The notes beneath the pieces are model-generated. The model was given only the letters and a program-made list of their open reading frames with translations, made no database searches and was not told where the DNA came from. From contig JAIDOW010000067.1 in NCBI GenBank assembly GCA_029063085.1, forward strand, positions 1 through 64,000: a DNA stretch of 64,000 nucleotides. The letters run 5' to 3'. Shown here piece after piece: positions 36,812 to 46,603 of the stretch. Origin of the DNA: Lachnospiraceae bacterium. Lineage in GTDB: Bacteria > Bacillota > Clostridia > Lachnospirales > Lachnospiraceae. Position numbers and translations under genes: made by a program. The stretch's first letter is position 1. Every line of letters starts with the position of its first letter.

Positions 36812-38179
36812 TTAGCCGACTGTTATCTTTTCCTCCGGCAGTCTCACAGGAGACTGTGTATCTTTCATCGTAAAAGCAATCACCATCGTAATAGGTCCGA
36901 TTCTTCCTAAAAACATGCAGATACTGAGAATCAGTTTACCCGCCAAGCCCATAGTCATCGTATAATCTCTCGATAACCCTACCGTGCCAAGTGCACTATA
37001 CACCTCATAGATAATATCAACAGAATCTCCGTTTTCAAATATCAGCATTGCAATAATGGCACCTATGCTGGCGATAAAGCTGATCAATATAATCGATAAT
37101 GACTTCCTTACTGTTTTCTCTGAAATACGTCTGCCAAAACAATTTACATCTTCCCGCCCCTGAACAGTAGAAATAACTGCCAGTATCAGAACCGCAACGG
37201 TAGTCGTCTTAACTCCACCGGCAGTTCCCACGGAAGAACCTCCTGTAAACATAAGGACCAATGCCGTAATGACAGAAGGCGTAGTGAGCCCTTTTTGTGA
37301 AATCGTCGCAATTCCTGCCGTTCTCGTTGTCACTGACTGAAACAAAGATTCCAAAAGCTTTTGTCCCAACGAGTCATTCCCCATAGTTAATGGATTGTCA
37401 TACTCAAATAAGAAAAAGAAAAAGGCGCCGGAAAAAATTAAAAATACCGTGATACTTAACACAATTTTTGAATGCAGGGAAAGATTCCGCCAAACAGATT
37501 CTTTTCGAATTTCCATATTTTTTTTCTTTTTCAGCACTCCTATCACGTCCCACCAGACAACAAAACCAATCCCTCCCATAATAATCAACGTCATGGTTAC
37601 GAGATTCACCCATAAATTATCAGCATATGGAACGAAACTGCTATCTCCTATAAGATCAATCCCTGCATTACAAAAAGCCGATACTGCATGAAAAACAGAA
37701 AACCATATTCCTTTTATCAAACCATGTTCTGGTACAAAAACGGGCAAAAAACAGAGCATCCCGATTCCTTCCACCAGAAAAGTACCTTTAAATACCCTCC
37801 TTAAAAACTGAACCAGTCCCTTTAATGTGTCCAGGTTAAAGGCAGCACCTAACAGCATACGGCTGCTCAGCGAAATCTTTTTCCCCAGTATCATCAAAAT
37901 CGTAGTCGTAATCGCAATCACTCCAAGACCACCTATCTGAATTAAGCCCAGAATAACGATATGTCCAAAAAAACTCCAATGCGTTGCTGTTGGTACAACC
38001 ACAAGACCAGTTACACATACACTGGTAACCGACGTAAACAAAGCATCAAGAAATGGTGTTGCCTGTCCGTTAGCTGCTGCCACCGGCAGACTTAACAAAA
38101 AAGCACCAATCAAAACTGCTGACAAAAAACTTAATATGATAATCTGTGTTGCTGTTAAATGTATTTTTATTAATTTCAT
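36812..38179 (-). CDS. trkH: TrkH/KtrB-family K+ uptake membrane subunit
   Basis: 455-aa polytopic membrane protein with repeated selectivity-filter-like segments (TGLVVV, GGLGVI, TAGIAT, TVGLS). Confidence 0.85.
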   Translation of the reverse strand: MKLIKIHLTATQIIILSFLSAVLIGAFLLSLPVAAANGQATPFLDALFTSVTSVCVTGLVVVPTATHWSFFGHIVILGLIQIGGLGVIAITTTILMILGKKISLSSRMLLGAAFNLDTLKGLVQFLRRVFKGTFLVEGIGMLCFLPVFVPEHGLIKGIWFSVFHAVSAFCNAGIDLIGDSSFVPYADNLWVNLVTMTLIIMGGIGFVVWWDVIGVLKKKKNMEIRKESVWRNLSLHSKIVLSITVFLIFSGAFFFFLFEYDNPLTMGNDSLGQKLLESLFQSVTTRTAGIATISQKGLTTPSVITALVLMFTGGSSVGTAGGVKTTTVAVLILAVISTVQGREDVNCFGRRISEKTVRKSLSIILISFIASIGAIIAMLIFENGDSVDIIYEVYSALGTVGLSRDYTMTMGLAGKLILSICMFLGRIGPITMVIAFTMKDTQSPVRLPEEKITVG

Positions 38180-38387
38180 TGTTTTCGTTTCCTTGCTTTT
38201 GCTTCCTTTATAAATAAAAGTATATCATTTCTATATATTTTTTCAAAGTAGATTTTATTTTTCTTTTCGTTTATACTGTAAGCAGTATCTAATACATTTA
38301 TGCAATACGGACTGCACTGCCATCCCAATATATGTAAATATTACTACATATAACGCTATATAACAGACTTTGTAAAAGGAGAATTCC

Positions 38388-39275
38388 ATGAAATTATATG
38401 ACGAAATCAAATCCCATTTTCTTCTGCCAGATGCCTATAAAGACTGGACATATTACCGGGATGCTCTAACCCGTTATCTAATTTCCCAGACTGACCTTAT
38501 TTCCCTTCCCCTCTCCTTCCATGCCGGCATGAAACAATCAGAAATGCTTCCCACTCTTGCCATTATAGGAGCCGGAGCCTGCAATGACATTGATCTGTCC
38601 CGTATCGCTCCTCATTTTTCCAAAATAACATTAATAGATAACGATGAAACTGCCATGAAAAAGGCACTGGGTATTTACCATCTTGAAGACTCGCCATCTA
38701 TCTGTCTGCTGCCTGTCAGCCTCAATGGCATAACGGACTCGGATTACTGGCAATTTTGTGATTCTCTTCAAACATATATCCAGCTTCCATCCTTTACTCC
38801 TGAAGAATTTGAAGCATTTGCCATATCCCAGATAGAACATATTTTTCAAAGAAACAGACTGACAGCCATTCCTCTTGCCCCTGTTTCCTATGACTACATC
38901 TGGTGTTTTGGCGTACACAGCCAGTTACAGGCTATGTTTTCCTATATTTATCATGTTTTTACTGTAAATTTGCAAAATATGCTTTTTCAGAATACGGCAA
39001 TTCCTGTGGAAGCTTTTTCCAACCGCCTCAAAGAAGAAAATGATTCCTTCATTCCCCGCTTTCATGATGCCCTGCTCGCCAGTGCAAAAACAGCAGTTTT
39101 TATTGGCTGCGAACAAAAACGCTCCGGACAGGAAACACCTATAGAGGGGGCCTGTCAGGCCATCCACGATCTGAGAAGACGCAGCCTGTCCATAACAGAA
39201 AGCACCATTCTATGGAATTTTTACCCCGCCGGCGGCATATCTTATGAAATGCTGATTCAGAAAATCACCTTCTAA
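38388..39275 (+). CDS. Hypothetical protein with a Rossmann-like GxGxxxxD segment (possible methyltransferase or NAD-binding fold)
   Basis: 295-aa ORF. LAIIGAGACNDIDLS...ITLIDNDETA suggests a dinucleotide/SAM-binding fold. I recognise no specific family. Confidence 0.35.
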   Translation: MKLYDEIKSHFLLPDAYKDWTYYRDALTRYLISQTDLISLPLSFHAGMKQSEMLPTLAIIGAGACNDIDLSRIAPHFSKITLIDNDETAMKKALGIYHLEDSPSICLLPVSLNGITDSDYWQFCDSLQTYIQLPSFTPEEFEAFAISQIEHIFQRNRLTAIPLAPVSYDYIWCFGVHSQLQAMFSYIYHVFTVNLQNMLFQNTAIPVEAFSNRLKEENDSFIPRFHDALLASAKTAVFIGCEQKRSGQETPIEGACQAIHDLRRRSLSITESTILWNFYPAGGISYEMLIQKITF

Positions 39276-40416
39276 GCTTCGCTGCCTCCGCTTCCCTTTC
39301 CTGCTTCTTTTTCCTGCGTTTATCAATATCCTGCTCCACGATCGCATATAAAACTGCTGTGAACGGAATCCCTAAAAACATGCCGATCACACCACCAAAC
39401 TCTCCTCCGATCACAATAGCCGCAAAGATTAAAATAGACGGAATTCCAATCGCATTTCCTACAATATGCGGATAGATCAGGCGGTTATCAATTTGCTGCA
39501 AAATCAAAAATAATGCAAGAAATGTCAGTGCTTTAACCGGCGAATCCATCACCAGCAAAACAGCTCCGACCGTTCCTCCAAAAAGAGCCCCCACCACAGG
39601 AATCAATGCCGTCACTGCTACAATCACACCAATCAGCACAGGGTAAGGCAGTCCCATAATCCCCATACATACAGTAAGAAGGCATCCCAGAATAACCGCA
39701 TCCAGACATTGTCCGGATATAAAATTTGCATAGGTTTCATAAATAATGCTTCCAAAATATACAATCCCTTCTGCCGTCTTTTCAGGCAGATAAGTTTCCA
39801 TCAGTTTACGAATATATGCCCCAATGGACTCTTTCTTTGCAAGTATGTAAAACGCAAAAAAAAGACCAATAAAAAATTTGGCAAAAACAGAAAAAACACT
39901 GCCCACCACATTACCGCTTGCTTTTATAGCTTCAATAAAGGAGCGGTTCTCCATCAATCCAAACATATTAGTGACAAGCTCTTCATCCAGCTTAAAATTC
40001 TCGGCAACATTTGAAATCTCACCGGATACACCGAAATTTTTTTGTAAAAATTCAAGAACTTTGTCTATTGCCTGTGGCACTTTTTCTGCAATCTGTTTTA
40101 CGCTGTCTATGATTCCCGGTATCATATTAAAACAAACAACCGCAATGATACCTGCTACAATAAAAAGAGAGGTCACAATGGACGTAGTTCGTTTAATGGT
40201 ATGATTTTCAAAAATGCCTTTTGTCATATGCTTTTCTAATTGAACAACAATCAAATTGACAATAAATGCGATTACAATACCATAAATAAGTGGTGAAATG
40301 GCATTATACACTGAAGAAAGAATCTCCTTTACCAGTGTAAAATGTTCTACTACCACATAGAACAATACAATAAAAAATAATCCCTTTAAAAAAGCTTTTT
40401 CCCGATTTCGAATCAT
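39265..40416 (-). CDS. AI-2E family transporter (PerM/YhhT-like)
   Basis: 383-aa ORF with 8 TM helices and a C-terminal GIPFTAVLYAIVEQ-type segment characteristic of AI-2E/UPF0118. Confidence 0.75.
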   Translation of the reverse strand: MIRNREKAFLKGLFFIVLFYVVVEHFTLVKEILSSVYNAISPLIYGIVIAFIVNLIVVQLEKHMTKGIFENHTIKRTTSIVTSLFIVAGIIAVVCFNMIPGIIDSVKQIAEKVPQAIDKVLEFLQKNFGVSGEISNVAENFKLDEELVTNMFGLMENRSFIEAIKASGNVVGSVFSVFAKFFIGLFFAFYILAKKESIGAYIRKLMETYLPEKTAEGIVYFGSIIYETYANFISGQCLDAVILGCLLTVCMGIMGLPYPVLIGVIVAVTALIPVVGALFGGTVGAVLLVMDSPVKALTFLALFLILQQIDNRLIYPHIVGNAIGIPSILIFAAIVIGGEFGGVIGMFLGIPFTAVLYAIVEQDIDKRRKKKQEREAEAAKLRR

Positions 40417-40448
40417 TTTTTCACCTGATTTCTAAACATATGATAATT

Positions 40449-40516
40449 TCCTTAAACATAAAAAACAGCTGTCACAAAACATGAAAACTTCTTACTGAAA
40501 TCTGTTGTAAGAACTT
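40449..40516 (-). terminator. Nested-hairpin rho-independent terminator after the flavin reductase-rubredoxin gene
   Basis: The inverted repeat AGCTGTCACA...TGTGACAGCT encloses an inner TTCTTAC...GTAAGAA hairpin. A T-run follows on the minus strand. Confidence 0.5.
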
Positions 40517-40545
40517 CTATCCTGTGACAGCTAAACATCCTTATT

Positions 40546-41166
40546 TTATAATGGTTCAAAGTCTTCTGCACCATGCTTACAGATAGGACATACAAAATCT
40601 GGTGGTAATGTATCTCCTTCATAAATATACCCGCATATTTTACAGATATATCCCTTTTTCTCTTCCTGCTTTTCATTTTTCTCAGTTTGTTTCCTGGCCG
40701 GCTTGATATTGGCATGATAATAGGAATACGTCACTGAAGGATTCTCTGATAACACTTCGCCTCCCGTTACATCAGCAATAAATGCAGTATGTGTTCCGAG
40801 ATCTACCATATCTGCTACTTTACCAGAAATATAGCCGTTGCTCTCCTTTGTCAGATAGACAATCCCGTTCTCTGCTCTTGAAAAAGAAATTGCAGCAAGC
40901 TTATCCGTATCCCTTCCGCTTTGAAAGCCAAATTGCTTAAAGGTATCAAATGTAGCACTCTCATCCAGTATTGTCAGATTAAACTCCTTTGTTTTCATAA
41001 TCATATCATGTGTATAATTATCCTTATTAACGGCAATCAAAACACGGTTCGGTGATGTAGTAACCTGTATCGCTGTATTGATAATACAACCATTATCCTT
41101 CTCACCTTCTTTTGCCGTCAGCACAAAAAGTCCATAGCTTAATTGGTTCATTACATGACTATCCAT
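40546..41166 (-). CDS. Flavin reductase-like domain fused to a C-terminal rubredoxin (high-molecular-weight rubredoxin type)
   Basis: 206-aa ORF. The N-terminal part is a flavin_reduct-like domain (YGLFVLTAKEGEKDNGCIINTA). The C-terminus is rubredoxin, with CKICGYIYEGD...CPICKHGAEDFEP providing the two CxxC pairs. Confidence 0.8.
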   Translation of the reverse strand: MDSHVMNQLSYGLFVLTAKEGEKDNGCIINTAIQVTTSPNRVLIAVNKDNYTHDMIMKTKEFNLTILDESATFDTFKQFGFQSGRDTDKLAAISFSRAENGIVYLTKESNGYISGKVADMVDLGTHTAFIADVTGGEVLSENPSVTYSYYHANIKPARKQTEKNEKQEEKKGYICKICGYIYEGDTLPPDFVCPICKHGAEDFEPL

Positions 41167-41299
41167 TATCTCTCTTCCTCTCTATACCTCTTTATGATAT
41201 TCCAAGCGACGAAAAAACATTTTGTGAATCCCAGCATTTATGGCCATGGACTAATCAGAATATAAGCATTCCAATCTGTCTTATACCTTCACACATATG

Positions 41300-42682
41300 C
41301 TATCTCTCATCGATTGGTATATAGGATTGCTTTTTCTTGACAGCTTTATACGCTGGACGAATAATCTTACCCTGATTAATCAATTCTTCAATCCTATGTG
41401 CACTCCAGCCTGCCATTCTTGCCACAGCAAATAATGGTGTAAACAATTCTGTAGGGAGATCCAGCATCTGATATACAAATCCTGAATAGAAATCTACATT
41501 GGCACTAACGCCTTTATAGATTTTCCTCTCCTCTGCAATTACTTCAGGAGCCAGTTTTTCTACATTAGCATATAACTGATACTCTTTTTCATAACCTTTT
41601 TCAAGGGAAAGTTTTTCCACAAATCCCTTAAACACTTTGGCTCTCGGATCTGAAATGGAATATACTGCATGCCCCATACCATAAATAAGACCTGCCTTAT
41701 CAAATGCTTCTTTATGCAAAAGCTTCTTCAGATAATTCTTTATCTCTTCTTCGTCATTCCAATCCTTTACATACTCCTTCATATCGGCAAACATTTTTGT
41801 CACCTTGATGTTAGCACCGCCATGCTTAGGTCCCTTCAAAGACCCCAGTGACGCAGCCATTGATGAATAAGTATCTGTTCCAGAAGACGTAACAACATGT
41901 GTCGTAAAAGTGGAATTGTTACCACCTCCATGCTCTGCATGCAACACCAGTGCCAAATCCAAAATTCTCGCTTCCAATTCCGTATAACTGCTATCCGGCC
42001 GCAAAAGAAAGAGCAGATTCTCTGCCGTTGATAAATTCGGCTGGGGTGTATGTATATATAAACTGTTTCCGTCATGATAATGCGAATATGCCTGATATCC
42101 GTAAACACACAACAATGGCACTACGGAAATCAATTGCAGACACTGCCTTAATACATTTGGGATTGACGTATCATCTGCCTTATCATCATATGCAAATAAA
42201 GTCAGTATACTTCTTTGCAATGTATTCATCATATCCTTGCTTGGTGCTTTCAGAATAATATCCCTTACAAAATGCGTCGGCAGTGACAATCTGTAATCAG
42301 ATAAAATCTTTGTGATCATTTCCAGTTCCCCTTTATCAGGAAGCTTTCCAAATAACAAAAGATATACCGTTTCCTCATAACCAAACCGCTTTTCCTTAAT
42401 AAATCCTGCAACGATATCCTCCACATCTACACCCTGATAGTACAATTTTCCTTCACATGGAATCATATCATTATCTTCTACTGTATATGACTTTATCTTT
42501 GAAACATCGGTAAGACCTGCAAGTACACCCTTACCGTTAATATCCCTAAGACCCCTCTTTACATCATATTTGGTGTAAAGTTCCGGATCAATCTGAAAAT
42601 TTTCAAGACACAATTCAGATAACCCTTGTATCTCCTCCGTAATTTGTGAATAATAATTAATTCTTTCCTTGTGGTTGTTCAC
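41300..42682 (-). CDS. Citrate synthase family enzyme
   Basis: 460-aa ORF with GMGHAVY near the catalytic His region and C-terminal ARMAGWSAHRIEEL. Confidence 0.8.
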   Translation of the reverse strand: MNNHKERINYYSQITEEIQGLSELCLENFQIDPELYTKYDVKRGLRDINGKGVLAGLTDVSKIKSYTVEDNDMIPCEGKLYYQGVDVEDIVAGFIKEKRFGYEETVYLLLFGKLPDKGELEMITKILSDYRLSLPTHFVRDIILKAPSKDMMNTLQRSILTLFAYDDKADDTSIPNVLRQCLQLISVVPLLCVYGYQAYSHYHDGNSLYIHTPQPNLSTAENLLFLLRPDSSYTELEARILDLALVLHAEHGGGNNSTFTTHVVTSSGTDTYSSMAASLGSLKGPKHGGANIKVTKMFADMKEYVKDWNDEEEIKNYLKKLLHKEAFDKAGLIYGMGHAVYSISDPRAKVFKGFVEKLSLEKGYEKEYQLYANVEKLAPEVIAEERKIYKGVSANVDFYSGFVYQMLDLPTELFTPLFAVARMAGWSAHRIEELINQGKIIRPAYKAVKKKQSYIPIDER

Positions 42683-42918
42683 GCAATCACCCTTTCTATT
42701 TATAAATCGCTTGTTCTCCGCAGATTAGTATATCATAAAATTTCTTTCAACCCTAGCTTTTTTTTTAATTTCATAAAACTTTAACATTTACCAGATACTT
42801 CCTTTGTGAAATAAACACAAAAAAATAAGCAGCTGCACACCAAGTTTCATTCTCTCTGCTTGACTTAAGCAAAAAGAAAACTTTTATTCGTGCAGCTACC
42901 TCTTATCATTTATTTAAT

Positions 42919-44367
42919 TTATACATTAATCTCTGCCGTCATACCAAGCAGACTTTTATTTTCATCCAGCACAGGCTTTACAACCTCTGTAATAAATTCT
43001 TCTGTCTGCTGTGGTGCACGTCCTACAAAATTCTTTGGCTCCAAAATGTCTTCTATCATTTCTTTCGTCATTCCAAAAGCAGGATCATTTGCGATACGCT
43101 CCACAAGATCATTTTCTTTTCCTTCCTTCTTTACCACCGCTCCTGCTGCCATAGAATGCTCTCTGATCTTCTCATGCAGCTCCTGTCTGTCACCGCCGCG
43201 CTTTACAGCATCCATCATAATATTTTCTGTAGCCATAAAAGGAATCTCTTTCATAAATCTCTGGTAAATCACCTTATCATATACTACCAGCCCATCTACC
43301 ACATTCAAATACAAATCCAGAATACCGTCCACTGCCAAAAATGCTTCCGGCACTGAAATTCTCTTATTTGCAGAATCATCTAAAGTTCTCTCAAACCACT
43401 GGGTTGCAGAAGTAATAGCAGGATTTAATGCATCTACCATAACATAATTTGCCAGAGAAGCAATCCGTTCGGAACGCATAGGATTTCTCTTATATGCCAT
43501 TGCAGAAGATCCAATCTGATTCTTTTCAAAGGGCTCCTCAATCTCCTTTAAATGCTGAAGCAAGCGGATATCATTAGAAAACTTGTGTGCACTCTGTGCA
43601 ATCCCACTTAAAACATTCAGGATTCTGGAATCCACCTTACGGGAATATGTCTGCCCTGATACCGGATAACATTCCTTAAAGCCCATTTTTTCAGCAATCA
43701 TGCCGTCAATCTTGCGAATCGTTTCATGATCCCCATTAAATAATTCCAGAAAGCTTGCCTGGGTTCCTGTTGTCCCCTTTGAGCCAAGCAATTTCTGCTG
43801 GCTGATCATATAATCCAGATCCGATAAATCAAGCATTAACTCTTCTAACCAGAGAGTTGCCCGCTTACCTACAGTAGTTGGCTGTGCCGGCTGGAAATGT
43901 GTAAATGCAAGCGTAGGCAGAGCTTTGTACTTCATGGCAAATTTGGAAAGCTCATTGATCACGTTCAAAAGTTTCTTACGAACCAGTTTCATTGCTTCCG
44001 TCATAATAATGACATCGGTATTATCTCCCACATAGCAGCTGGTAGCTCCGAGATGAATGATGCCTGCTGCTGCCGGACATTGCTTACCATAAGCATATAC
44101 ATGGCTCATTACATCATGTCTGACAATCTTTTCTCTTTTTCGTGCTACATCATAATTAATATCATTCTGAAATGCCTTTAACTCTTCAATCTGTTCCAAG
44201 GTGATGACCGGCTTCCCGTTTTCCGAAAGCCCCAGCTCATATTCTGTCTCCGCTAATGCAATCCACAACTTTCTCCATGTCTTAAACTTCATATCCGGTG
44301 AAAAAATATACTGCATCTCCCTGCTTGCATATCTCTCTGACAATGGACTTACATACTTATCTTTCAT
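42919..44367 (-). CDS. purB: Adenylosuccinate lyase
   Basis: 482-aa ORF showing the fumarate-lyase superfamily signature GSSAMAYKRNP and a PurB-type N-terminus (SPLSERYASREMQYIF). Confidence 0.9.
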   Translation of the reverse strand: MKDKYVSPLSERYASREMQYIFSPDMKFKTWRKLWIALAETEYELGLSENGKPVITLEQIEELKAFQNDINYDVARKREKIVRHDVMSHVYAYGKQCPAAAGIIHLGATSCYVGDNTDVIIMTEAMKLVRKKLLNVINELSKFAMKYKALPTLAFTHFQPAQPTTVGKRATLWLEELMLDLSDLDYMISQQKLLGSKGTTGTQASFLELFNGDHETIRKIDGMIAEKMGFKECYPVSGQTYSRKVDSRILNVLSGIAQSAHKFSNDIRLLQHLKEIEEPFEKNQIGSSAMAYKRNPMRSERIASLANYVMVDALNPAITSATQWFERTLDDSANKRISVPEAFLAVDGILDLYLNVVDGLVVYDKVIYQRFMKEIPFMATENIMMDAVKRGGDRQELHEKIREHSMAAGAVVKKEGKENDLVERIANDPAFGMTKEMIEDILEPKNFVGRAPQQTEEFITEVVKPVLDENKSLLGMTAEINV

Positions 44368-44515
44368 CTTTCTCCTCCTGTATTAAACATTTTCTGGTTA
44401 CAATCTGTTTTCTTAAATATAACCGGCTATTTTTCCGCCTGTTTTACGTGTTGTTCTATCGTAATGAGATCACTAAAACCTGCCAAGCCCTCTGTTTTTG
44501 CTTTGCCCGGTAATA

Positions 44516-45952
44516 CTATTCATATTCTCCCCGAATATCCTCCTCCGGCGGCTCCATCGGATAATTACCACTAAAACAGCCGTCACAATACTGCCTTCCA
44601 TTGGATAATTCTTTCAATCTCTCGATCCTTAAGTATCCCAGAGAATCTGCTCCGAGAATTTCACAAATTTCATCCACGGTCCGATTATGGGCAATCAACT
44701 GCTCCTTGTTGGGAATATCCGTTCCAAAATAACATGGGTGTAAAAACGGTGGCGAGGAAATACGGACATGAACCTCTGATGCCCCTGCCTCCTTCAACAT
44801 ACTGACAATGCGGTCTGAGGTTGTTCCCCTTACTATGGAGTCATCAATCATGATAACCCGTTTACCTTTTACGGCATCCTTTAACACATTCAGTTTCACC
44901 TGTACACTGGACTCTCTCTGACTCTGTTTTGGCTTGATAAAAGTTCGTCCTACATATCCGTTTTTAACAAATGCTGTTCCATAAGGAATTCCTGATTCCA
45001 ATGAATAACCAAGCGCTGCCGCATTACCGGATTCCGGAACTCCCACAACCAAATCCGCTTCTACCGGTGAATCCTTTGCAAGACATCTACCTGCAATAAT
45101 GCGTGATTCATACACGCTCATTTTGTCAAACACACTGTCCGGTCTTGCAAAATAAATGTATTCAAATATACACCTTGCATGCTTGTCCTGACACATATCT
45201 TTATAAGAAACAATTCCATTTTCCGGAGTAATGGCAACTACTTCCCCCGGCTCCACATCCCTTACAAACTCTGCTCCAATAGTATCCAGTGCACAGCTTT
45301 CCGATGCAAGCACGTATGCATTGTTCCGCTTTCCGATACAAAGCGGGCGGAAACCGAAAGGATCTCTCGCCCCAATCAGTTTGCGGGGACTCATCACGAT
45401 CAGGGAATATGAACCTTTTACTTTTCTAAGTGCCCGCATAACAGCATCCTCTACCGTTGGCGTATTCACCCGTTCCCTTGCAATATGATAAGCAATGACT
45501 TCTGAATCTATAGTAGTCTGAAAAATCGCTCCTGTCAGTTCCAATTCCCTTCTAAGTTCCGGTGCATTAACCAGATTCCCATTATGTGCAAGACCCAGCG
45601 TTCCCTTTACATAGTTTAGTACCAAAGGCTGCGCATTTTCCCTGACAGATGCACCTGCGGTTGAATACCTGACATGCCCTACTCCGATATTGCCCTTTAA
45701 CTTCTCCAAATCTTCAGGAGTAAATACCTCATTTACAAGCCCCATTCCCTTAGAAGAAAGAACTTTCCCCTTTGGCCCTTTTGTATCCGAAACAGCAATC
45801 CCACAGCTTTCCTGTCCCCGGTGCTGCAATGCAAACAGACCGTAATAAATGGAAGCCGCTACATCACTGCCGTCAAAATCGTAAATTCCAAACACGCCGC
45901 ATTCTTCATGCAGTACGTCTTCATCAAAACTATTGTCAAACACTTCGCCCAT
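44516..45952 (-). CDS. purF: Amidophosphoribosyltransferase (canonical, with propeptide ...HEE|CGVFGI)
   Basis: 478-aa ORF carrying CGVFGIYD, YYGLFALQHRGQES, GVPESGNAAALGY and the PRPP loop VIMIDDSIVRGTTS. C-terminal Cys residues (CDGC) match the B. subtilis-type Fe-S PurF. Confidence 0.9.
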   Translation of the reverse strand: MGEVFDNSFDEDVLHEECGVFGIYDFDGSDVAASIYYGLFALQHRGQESCGIAVSDTKGPKGKVLSSKGMGLVNEVFTPEDLEKLKGNIGVGHVRYSTAGASVRENAQPLVLNYVKGTLGLAHNGNLVNAPELRRELELTGAIFQTTIDSEVIAYHIARERVNTPTVEDAVMRALRKVKGSYSLIVMSPRKLIGARDPFGFRPLCIGKRNNAYVLASESCALDTIGAEFVRDVEPGEVVAITPENGIVSYKDMCQDKHARCIFEYIYFARPDSVFDKMSVYESRIIAGRCLAKDSPVEADLVVGVPESGNAAALGYSLESGIPYGTAFVKNGYVGRTFIKPKQSQRESSVQVKLNVLKDAVKGKRVIMIDDSIVRGTTSDRIVSMLKEAGASEVHVRISSPPFLHPCYFGTDIPNKEQLIAHNRTVDEICEILGADSLGYLRIERLKELSNGRQYCDGCFSGNYPMEPPEEDIRGEYE

Positions 45953-46166
45953 GTAAATCTCCTCATGTTGTAAACTTCATTCCATATGTTATTCATTTCT
46001 ATATTTCTTCAGGTGTCCCTTCTGACATTAATGTGAACAGACACCGCATACATGGTATCCTTTTTTTACAAAACTGTCAATGGAAATGAGGATATTATTG
46101 TTATTTTTATCTTTTTATGTTACAATGTTTATATGATAATTATTAATACAAACGGAGGGCATTACT

Positions 46167-46517
46167 ATGCAGGAAAAGAGAAGATATAAAAGACTACCTA
46201 TTCAATTGACACTTGAAGTATCAGAAGTCTTTAAGCAGGATAATGATGTCATTCGGGATTTAAATGCCGAGATTAAAGTATTTGATATTTCTAAGGCCGG
46301 AATCGGATTCACTGCTAACACCTATATTCCGGAGAATTATTATTTTAATGCTACAATTGTTTTGGAAACCTCAGAGCAAAAGATTCTTACCGTCGTCAAG
46401 ATCCTACACAGAATTGAGTTAGAGAATAATTTATACCGGTATGGCTGCGAATTTACCGGTCTTGCCGGCATTTTTGATTTTATTTTTGATGAATATGAAA
46501 AATCCATTGAACAGTAA
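46167..46517 (+). CDS. Stand-alone PilZ-domain protein (putative c-di-GMP receptor)
   Basis: 116-aa ORF with RRYKRLPIQL (RxxxR) and DISKAGIGF (DxSxxG). Confidence 0.6.
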   Translation: MQEKRRYKRLPIQLTLEVSEVFKQDNDVIRDLNAEIKVFDISKAGIGFTANTYIPENYYFNATIVLETSEQKILTVVKILHRIELENNLYRYGCEFTGLAGIFDFIFDEYEKSIEQ

Positions 46518-46528
46518 TGCTTTTTATT

Positions 46529-46568
46529 TAGAACCATTCCCGAAAAACCTCTTTCAGGAATGGTTCTA
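46529..46568. terminator. Bidirectional terminator between the PilZ gene and the amidase gene
   Basis: TAGAACCATTCC-cgaaaaacctctttca-GGAATGGTTCTA (12-bp perfect stem), flanked by TTTTTATT. Confidence 0.7.
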
Positions 46569-46603
46569 ATCAATTATTCTGATTTTTATAGATTATCTTC
46601 ACT

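Noticed and set aside
38180-38387. c-di-AMP (ydaO-type) riboswitch upstream of the trkH-trkA operon
   Set aside because: The leader is AT-rich with no GC-rich pseudo-symmetric aptamer elements. Not supported.
45953-46166. Purine riboswitch expected in the purF leader (minus strand)
   Set aside because: Only a simple GGTGTC...GACACC hairpin is present. No three-way-junction aptamer with the conserved J1/2-J2/3 nucleotides could be recognised by eye. Left uncalled.
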